Assembly: GCA_000388065.2 (NCBI GenBank)
Contig: KB932212.1
Strand: one strand, 5' to 3'
Origin: Fonticula alba ATCC 38817
Taxonomy: Eukaryota > Protista > Nucleariida
DNA length: 15,812 nt
The notes under the pieces are model-generated. The model saw only the letters and a list, made by a program, of their open reading frames with translations. It was not told the DNA's origin and ran no database searches. How positions within the stretch are numbered: the first letter of the stretch is position 1; the number at the start of each line of letters is the position of its first letter. Positions 1 through 7,298 of the stretch are shown in pieces. The translations under genes and the position numbers were made by a program.

Positions 1-25
1 CCCGCCCTGATGGACACGCCCGTAG

Positions 26-130
26 CTCGCCCCCGGCATCCTGGACAAGCTGTTCGACTTCGCCCGCTTCCTCTACGACCTCGGTGTCTACGAGAAGGCC
101 GCCCAGCTCCTGCCCTACATCCGTATGCTT
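26..130 (+). CDS. EIF3E: eIF3 subunit E, internal coding exon 'C' (3rd by protein order), located upstream of the start exon
   Basis: CTGAT branch-like site (7-11), TAG acceptor (23-25), GTGCGT donor (131). 105 nt, phase 0/0, encodes LAPGILDKLFDFARFLYDLGVYEKAAQLLPYIRML. This matches from memory the eIF3e segment '[30 protein letters not shown]'. Not in the ORF track. Confidence 0.88.
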
Positions 131-260
131 GTGCGTCCCCCCATGCCATGCTGCGCCTTCGCCCCCGCGTTTGACCGCCCATCCGCGCACGCACGCGCAC
201 TTCCTCCGCCGCCCCCCCTGGTATGCTGACCGGCCCTCCCCCCCCCACCGCCGGTCCTAG

Positions 261-386
261 GCCACCGACCCCGCCAAGTCCCTGGCCGCCGCCTGGGGCC
301 ACCTCGCCTGCTGCATCCTCACCAACAAGTGGGACTCCGCCAAGGAGATCATTCTGTCCCTGCGCGATGAGCTGTCCACCAAGAAG
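261..386 (+). CDS. EIF3E: eIF3 subunit E, internal coding exon 'D' (4th by protein order), located upstream of the start exon
   Basis: CTGAC branch (226-230), TAG acceptor (258-260), GTATGT donor (387). 126 nt, phase 0/0, encodes ATDPAKSLAAAWGHLACCILTNKWDSAKEIILSLRDELSTKK. This resembles eIF3e '[33 protein letters not shown]'. Confidence 0.88.
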
Positions 387-460
387 GTATGTCTCCTCTC
401 CCTCCTCCTCCCCCCCCCTGTGCATTCTCACCCTCCGCGCCTGCCGCATTGTTTTTGCAT

Positions 461-508
461 CCTCCTCCTCCTCCTCCTCCTCCTCCTCCTCCGCCTCCTC
501 CTCCGCCT
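461..508 (+). repeat. (CCT)n microsatellite
   Basis: Ten perfect CCT units at 461-490, continuing imperfectly to about 508. Confidence 0.9.
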
Positions 509-613
509 AGGCCCTTCTCTCCCCTCCCAATCACGCACACACATCCCCCGCCACCTCCCCTCCACCCCCTGACGCGCCTGCCCACGCCGCCGCCACCACC
601 ACCCAGATCCGTC

Positions 614-830
614 ATGGCCCCCCAGCTTGAGTTTGATCTCACCCAGGTCCTGTGCCAGTTCCTGGACCCGCACCTGGCTCTGCGCCTCATCGAGTTCGCT
701 GAGAAGCGCCAGGTCTACAACGAGAAGGACATCCTCCAGGCCAAGTTCGACATCGTCAAGAAGACCACCATCCCCGACCTGATCAGCCAGGTGTTCTCGG
801 AGCTGTACCCCGGTCAGCCCCTCCCGGCCG
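614..830 (+). CDS. EIF3E: eIF3 subunit E, first coding exon 'A' (N-terminal eIF3e domain)
   Basis: ATG at 614 (CCGTCATGG). Encodes MAPQLEFDLTQVLCQFLDPHLALRLIEFAEKRQVYNEKDILQAKFDIVKKT..., matching the eIF3e N-terminus (DLT...FLD.HL...YNEKE.LQ.K). Ends in phase 1 at GTGCGC donor (831). Confidence 0.92.
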
Positions 831-973
831 GTGCGCAGCTTTCCCGGCCCCCTCCCCCCGCCGCGCCGGCCCCCGTGCACACGCATGCCATCCGCCACCC
901 TGACCCCCACTCCGCTTCCTGGGCCCATCTCCCCCTTCCCCCCACCCCCCCCCTTTTGGCTGCCGGCACGCAG

Positions 974-1131
974 AGTACGATGTTGACCTCGAGGAGAAGC
1001 GCGACCTCCTGCTCGAGGAGTACCAGGAGTCCTGTGGCGAGATCATGCCCATCCTCCAGGATGGTGAGCTCGTCGAGACCCTCCGCCAGGATGGCACCTT
1101 CACCCTGGCCTTCCTGATCAGCGAGTACAAG
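974..1131 (+). CDS. EIF3E: eIF3 subunit E, coding exon 'B'
   Basis: CAG acceptor (971-973), phase 1 compatible with exon A (G+AG=Glu). Encodes EYDVDLEEKRDLLLEEYQESCGEIMPILQDGELVETLRQDGTFTLAFLISEYK. Ends in phase 0 at GTACGC donor (1132). Confidence 0.88.
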
Positions 1132-1252
1132 GTACGCATGTGTCCTGGACACGCCCCTGCCCGCCGCCCGCTGCCCGGCCCTCGATCTCACGCCCCTCTT
1201 GCGTATGTATGTGTGTCTGCATGCCGCCTATGCGCGCACCCGGACCCTACCC

Positions 1253-1413
1253 NNNNNNNNNNNNNNNNNNNNNNNNNNNNNNNNNNNNNNNNNNNNNNNN
1301 NNNNNNNNNNNNNNNNNNNNNNNNNNNNNNNNNNNNNNNNNNNNNNNNNNNNNNNNNNNNNNNNNNNNNNNNNNNNNNNNNNNNNNNNNNNNNNNNNNNN
1401 NNNNNNNNNNNNN
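1253..1413. other. Assembly gap (161 N) inside eIF3e, at the point where exons C and D belong
   Basis: Run of N flanked by C-runs on both sides, between the exon B donor and the exon E acceptor. Confidence 0.99.
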
Positions 1414-1508
1414 CCCCCGCGCGCGCGCACACACACCCACCCACACACACACGCCCATGCCGCGCCCCCACCCCCACTCACCCGCCGCCCCCACACGACG
1501 ACACGCAG

Positions 1509-2150
1509 GAGTTCCTCAACGAGTACTCCCTGGTCAAGCAGCGCGCGTGGCTCCTCCACTGGTCGCTGTTTGTCTTCTTCAACGCCCCGAAGACCAGCCC
1601 GACTGCCTCTGCCGCCGCGGACGAGGCGTCCGATGAGGACGCCGACGACGCCGACGACACCCCCATCGAGACCGTCATCGATGACACGCTGATCGACCTG
1701 TTCTCCACCTCCGAGGTCTTCCGCCAGGCGCTGCAGCTGCACGCGCCGCACCTGCTCCGGTACCTGGCCGTGGTGGTGGTCATCTTCCACCGCCGCCGCC
1801 TGACCCTGCTGAACCTCATGTCCATGTTCAACCAGGAGGCCCACATCTATGCCGACCCGATCCTGGAGCTGATCAGCTGCGTCTACCGCAAGTTCGACTT
1901 CGACAGCGCTCGCGGCAAGATCCTCGAGTGCAAGGCCGTCTTCGAGAATGACTACTTCCTGAACCCCTACTGGGACCAGTTCTTCGAGGCCGCGCGCCTC
2001 TTCATCTTCGAGACCTACTCCCAGATCCACAAGCGCATCGACAACAAGATGCTGGCCGAGTACCTGCATCTGGACATGGAGGCCGCCGAGCGCTGGATCG
2101 TCAACATGATCCGCAACGCCTCGCTCGATGCCAAGATCGACTCCACCAAC
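1509..2150 (+). CDS. EIF3E: eIF3 subunit E, coding exon 'E' (most of the PCI domain)
   Basis: CAG acceptor (1506-1508), GTGCGT donor (2151), 642 nt, phase 0/0. Contains QRAWLLHWSLFVFFN, PHLLRYLA, YADPILE, FDFD, ENDYFL, ARLFIFETYSQIH and AERWIVNMIRNASLDAKIDS, all hallmark eIF3e/Int6 motifs. Confidence 0.96.
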
Positions 2151-2388
2151 GTGCGTCGCGCGATGTGGTGCTGGCGGCCAAGAGGGCGGCGGCGGGGGCG
2201 GGGGGGTAGCCCTGGCCCCGCGCCATCCTCGCCCACTTGTGCATGCGCGCCCCCTCCTTCTCTCTCTCTAACACACACTGTCCTGCGCGATGACCTTCCC
2301 CCTGACTCCGTCCCCTCCCCGGCCGCTCGCACGTCCACACATGTGCTCCCCCCCCCCCCCCCCCCCCCGCTGACCCCCCTACACACAG

Positions 2389-2715
2389 AACGTCGTCATC
2401 ATGGGCCAGAGCCAGCGCAACCCCAACGCCCAGGTGATCGAGATCACCCGCGGCCAGGAGATCAAGAACCAGGGCCTGCTGCAGCGCATCAACGAGCTGG
2501 AGTCCTCGCAGAACAGCACGACCTCCGGCGCGGCGGGTGCCCGCGGCGGCGCTGCCGGCGGCAAGCCCGGCAACAAGTCCGGCCCCAAGTCCGGCGGCCT
2601 CGGCAGTGGCGGGGCTCGCGGTGGTGCCGGCAAGGAGGGCGGGCACACCGCCGGTGGTGCTCGTGGCAGCGCCATCTCCTCGGGTGCCCGCCGCCAGCCG
2701 GCCACCGCCCACTGA
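2389..2715 (+). CDS. EIF3E: eIF3 subunit E, last coding exon 'F' with Gly/Ala-rich C-terminal extension
   Basis: CTGAC branch (2370-2374), CAG acceptor (2386-2388). NVVIMG continues AKIDSTN as in eIF3e 'AKIDS..HVVMG'. TGA stop at 2713-2715. Confidence 0.9.
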   Translation, partial: NVVIMGQSQRNPNAQVIEITRGQEIKNQGLLQRINELESSQNSTTSGAAGARGGAAGGKPGNKSGPKSGGLGSGGARGGAGKEGGHTAGGARGSAISSGARRQPATAH

Positions 2716-3283
2716 GAGCGGCGCGCGATGTGCGAGAGGGAGCCATGAGAGCGTGCCACCCTCCGCGCGCCTCCACGCACATGCATGCACACACGTGTGT
2801 GCATGCATGGCGGACCCTCGGGGGGGGCGCGCGGCGCACAGGTGTGCTTTGCGTGCGTGTGTGCGCTTGTGTGTTTGTGTTGCTTCCTCCCCCTCCCCCC
2901 TTCTCCTCTCCTCTCTTTCTCTTGGGGTGTCCCCCCCCCCCTCCCTCCGGGGAGGGACGGGGCGCGCGCACGCAAGAGAAGGGGGGAGAGAGGGAGAAGG
3001 CCGCGAGAGTGTGTGCGCGCGCGTGAGCCGCGTCAGGCCCGTGGCGCGAAAGGCATGCTCCTCATCAGATCTCTCCCTGCGCGCGCGGGGGGCCACAGAG
3101 GACGAGACCGAGGCCCCCCAGAGGCGCCGACCTCCTCTTCCCCCGCGCGTTTCCCGAAATCCTCCCCCCCCATAACCACACACGCATGATGTCGTCGTCG
3201 TCTACATGTGCGTGTGTACGTGCACACACACACACACACACATACAGTTTCCCGTTGTCCCCTCTCGTCCCTTCCTTTCTGTA

Positions 3284-3289
3284 AATAAA
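3284..3289 (+). terminator. Probable polyadenylation signal of eIF3e
   Basis: AATAAA about 570 nt after the stop, followed by TG/T-rich sequence (CTTGTTGTT, TTTGATTGTTG). One of very few AT-rich spots in the region. Confidence 0.6.
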
Positions 3290-6200
3290 TGACCTTGTTG
3301 TTCCGAAGCCCGCGTGCCGCCTTTGATTGTTGATCTGCCGGACGCGGCCCGTGTACGTGCGTGCATCGCGCACTGGGGAGGCGGGGGGAGGGGGGGGGGA
3401 GATCCGCACTCGCGGCCCCCACGGGAGGAGAATGAGGGCGCGGCCCGGCGAGCTGGCGCCCTGGTGGTACCAGCCACGTGATGCGCCACCGAGTGATGGG
3501 CCACGCTGCCCATCGGTTCGGTTAATAATGGTAACTGGCCCTCGCCGCGCGGGAGTCCGGCGGGCCGGGGCGGCCCTGCGGAATTGGGGCATTCTGGTGC
3601 TGCTGGCGCGTGCGGCAGTCTGCAGGCCGGCGTCGGACCGCCCGCGGGGGGGGGGGGGGGAGACTCTCGGTGGCCGAATTCCCGAACCGGCCCCGCCGTA
3701 CGGCCGGCGACCGAGCCCGGGGCAGGACCCGGGGACCGGGTACCGCCACTACGGTGGCCCAGGACGGGCGCGCGTGCGGGCGGGGAGGGGGGGGGGGGAA
3801 TGGCCCGACAGCGGCCTTCCTGCCCGCCCCCGCCCCCCGCTCCGGGAGAGAGCCACGGGGAGGCACAGTCGTCAGGGCACGCGCGCCCCTGCACCCGCCA
3901 CAGGGGCGGCAGCCGCACGGCAACACCGCGCCAGGTGGTGCATTTGCCCGGGGCGCGGACAGGGCGGCGGTGTGATCCTTCGAGAAGGGCCCCGGGGGCA
4001 GGGGGGCCTGTCCGCCGAGGGTGCCGCGCGCATGTGAGGACCATTGCACAAGGGATGCCCGCCCGACACGGCGCCACTCGGCCCGCCGCGGCCCAAACAG
4101 CCCCGGGGCCCGGTCTCGGGCCTGGCTGGGGTGGCGACTCCGCCCCGCCGTTGCGCTGGCGCCGCGCGACAGAGACAGACGCCCAGCCACGCAGCCGCCC
4201 TGGGGCGGGAGCGAGGCGGGGGGGGGGGGGGGGGGAAAAGACTAGACTTCGGCCGGGGCTGCTGTGCACCCTCTCCCTTGGGCCAGGCGCGGGCGTGAGC
4301 GCACACGCCTGGCCCAGAATGCCGCGTTCGGCATTTGCCATGACACAGGGACGCACCTGCTGCAAGGGAAGGAGAAGGGCGCCGGGGGCGGGGCGGGGCC
4401 TGCACCAACCCTAAATGCAGGCTGCTTGCGGGAGGGAGAGCCCCTTTTTCCGCGTATGCGCGCGGAATGCCCCCCCCCCCCCGGTCCGGCGCCGTTGTCG
4501 CCCCCCGGGACTCGGGACGGAGCAGGTACGAGGGGGGAGGGGCCGCGCGGGCCTGGCCGCGGGTGTCCGGCACCGACAGGCCGGGGGACCGGGAGGGGTT
4601 GGGGCGCTGGCTGATGGCGCCCCGCCCGCCTCCCCGCGGCCAACGGGGGGGACAGGGAGAGCCCCTAGCCGGGGAGAAGGGGCCCAGCCGGCATACCCCC
4701 GGGGCATTTAGGGACCTGGCGGAGGGGGGGGGGGGAAGCCATGTAAGTAGTGTGTATATATTGCGCGGCGTATAAAATGGCCGGATTAGACCCTCGAGCG
4801 CGGGCGGGCGCGGCTTCCCCGGTGTACAAAGAAAGAAGTGCGCGCATCACCCCCCCCCCCCCCCCGCTGGCACAGGCCCCGGCACCGACGCCGACGCGCC
4901 GTGCGCGTCACTCTGGGCGTGTGTGCGCGTGTTTGTGCACACAGACGGAGGGGGTGCCCTTTTTTCTCGGGCTCAAGGGGAGGTATTTTCTGGGGAATGC
5001 GCTGGCCCGACTATTCGGCTGGTGCATTCCTCACGGGCATGTGTGTCGGCGCGCCCTCCTGCCCTCAGCCCCCCCCCCCGGGCTCCTTCCTCGCCAAGCG
5101 GCCGTCGACAGAGCGTCTCCCCCCGCGCCGCCCCCCCGCGCCGCCCCCCCCCCCCCCCCGGGCACAATGGCCTCGGCTGGAATGGGGGACCGGACCGTAA
5201 GGCGTGCCTGGCCTGCGTCCCCCTCTGCCCTGTGCGGCTACTGCCGTGCGGCCGTTGTTGTGCCGATTCTACGTCCGAGGGGCGCGCGCGCGGCCGGCGG
5301 GGGGGAGGAGGGGGGCGGACTGGCACCCGCGCAGGAATGCCGTCCTGCCGGGCCGGGTCGTCGAGCGGTCCGTCGTCCGCTCCTCCCCGGGTGCGGACGG
5401 TGTCCCCCCCCCCTCCTCGCTCGGCGGCCGGAGTCGCTGCGGTTCCTCGGCCGGGCGAGGCCGTCGGGGCCCGGCGCCGGCGAGCGCCCTCCGTCCGCCG
5501 CTCAACCGGCGGTCCGGCCGCCCCCGGGTGACCCGTCTACCTGGTGCCTTGTTGTCGGTGCGGGGCGCGACGGCCGGCGGCGCAGGCACTGGCCCCGGGG
5601 CCTGACCCTGGCGATGGTCAACGCCCTACGCCGCGCGGAAGGCCGGGCCCGGCCGGCCCTGTCTCCCCCTCGCTGTCGGGCTGGATTGGGGATGTGCCCG
5701 CCGCGCCGTGCCGCGCCGCCCGGCCCCACTGACCGGCCGGAGAGTCCACACCGGGGGGGGGGGGGGGGGGGCCGGGGCCCCGGGGGCGTCGCGCGGCCGG
5801 CCGCGGCAGCCTGAACCCTCTTTTTTCCTTCGGCCGGCCAGCCGCGGCCGGGGCGGCACACCGGACAAGGGACACCCCGGCGGCCAGTCCGTTCGCGAGG
5901 AATGTGTTTGCCAATTTGCCGGCCGTCTGCCTGGCGCCTGGGAGGGCGGGGGGGAGGGGACGCGCGCTGTGTATTTTAAAAAGCCCGCCCCAGGCGAGGC
6001 GCCCGCCGGCGGGCGAGGGGGGCCGTGTCGCGGGGAGCAGGCGCCGGACGGGCAAACAGACGGACGCCGCCCTGACAGACGGACAGAGTTGTCTGTGTGT
6101 GTGTGTGTGTGTGTGGGCCGGCGGGCTCGCGGCCCCTCGCCCGGGACCACCACACCGAGGCTCCCTCTCGGTGACACCCGGGCCGGTGTTCCTTCCCTGC

Positions 6201-7005
6201 CGGGGAAAAGGGGATGACAGCGCGCGCCCGGGCGTCCGCGCGTCTGCCCCACCCGCGGGTGTGTCTGCGTGGGCTGGGGGGCGTTGTTTGTCCCCTCGCG
6301 CGCCCTCTTGGCGCCGCTTCGGCGCGGCCGGGCAGAGGCGGGCCCGCGCGCCTTGTCCACACACACACACGCACGCACACACACACACACACACACACGG
6401 TGTGGGCCCCCATATAATATGCACACATCGTGTCCGGCTGTGTGTGCTTCGAGACGCGTACACACGGGCGGGGGCGGGGGGGGACGCATGAGAGTGTCGC
6501 CAGGGCCAGCGCGGGCTGGCGGGCCGGCCGCGAAAGCCCGGTCGGACGAGCCGTCGAGCTGGGCTGTTCGAGGCGCGAGCGGGGGGGGGGGGGCGGCAGA
6601 GGGACGGGCGGCCACGACAGACGCCCGGGGCCCCGGTGAGTGAGCGGGCGAGCGGGCGGGGGGACACGCCCTTTTTCGGGCCCGCGCGCCAGGCCCACCG
6701 CCAGGGCCCGGGGTTCCCCCGCCCTTGCCCCCAGGGGCGAAGGGAGGGGGGAGGACGTCGTTCGCGTCGGGCCGCGGCCCGGGGCCCGGGCGGGGACGGG
6801 CCTGGGTCACGACGGGCGAGGAGAGGGGGGGCGCGCCAAATGGCTGGGGCCACGTCTGCGCGCCGGCACGCGCGCGAGCCCACGTCCACCCCAGCCCTGT
6901 GCCGTCGCCCGCGGCGGGGGGAGGGGACGGGGGGGCGGGGGGGCCTGGGGGGGGGGGGGAGGGGGCGGGGGGGAGACGTGTGCGCGGCCGGGGAACGCGC
7001 CTGGC

Positions 7006-7036
7006 TATTAAGGGGAGCCGAGTGGTTCGCCACTTG
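7006..7036 (+). promoter_or_regulatory. Candidate core promoter of the myosin gene (TATA-like box plus Inr-like site)
   Basis: TATTAAG at 7006-7012. CCACTT Inr-like site with its A at 7032, 26 nt downstream. Followed by an ATG-free leader and a strong donor at 7093. Confidence 0.5.
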
Positions 7037-7092
7037 CCCCAAGGCTCTGCACCTTTGTCGGGCGTATCCGTAACCTGTTAGTTCCGGTTTTG

Positions 7093-7248
7093 GTATGTGC
7101 CCTCCCCTCCCCTCCTTTCTCCTCCCGCCTCGCCTCCCCCCCCCTCCCGCACGCACGCACACACACACACGCACGCACACGCTTGCCTTTCTGCATTCTT
7201 ACATGGCCCCCTGACACCCCCCCCCCTGCCCTCTCCCCCACACCGCAG
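7093..7248 (+). other. 5' UTR intron of the myosin gene (156 nt)
   Basis: GTATGT donor (7093), C-rich/CA-rich body, CTGAC branch (7211-7215), CAG acceptor (7246-7248). Same architecture as the coding introns. Confidence 0.72.
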
Positions 7249-7298
7249 TCTGTCAAACTTTTCATCGACTCGCGTCGACGTTCCCCCCCCCCCCCACC

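Noticed and set aside
1188-2069. 293-aa minus-strand ORF over eIF3e exon E
   Set aside because: Same antisense shadow effect, and it is extended artificially through the N gap.
1140-3026. 628-aa ORF as a single-exon gene
   Set aside because: Reads through intron sequence and N. Only 1509-2150 is coding in this frame, and the last exon is in another frame.
4740-4750. ATG-TAA micro-ORF overlapping a GTAAGT donor-like sequence
   Set aside because: No upstream exon or downstream branch/acceptor with coding sequence could be linked to it.
6094-6398. Inverted (TG)n and (CA)n tracts forming a long stem or MITE-like ends
   Set aside because: Both tracts are ubiquitous microsatellites here, with no specific terminal inverted repeats or target-site duplication.
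3202-7180. Many overlapping 100-520 aa ORFs on both strands
   Set aside because: Low-complexity translations of G/C runs and CA/GT repeats in all frames, with no motifs or consistent splice structure.
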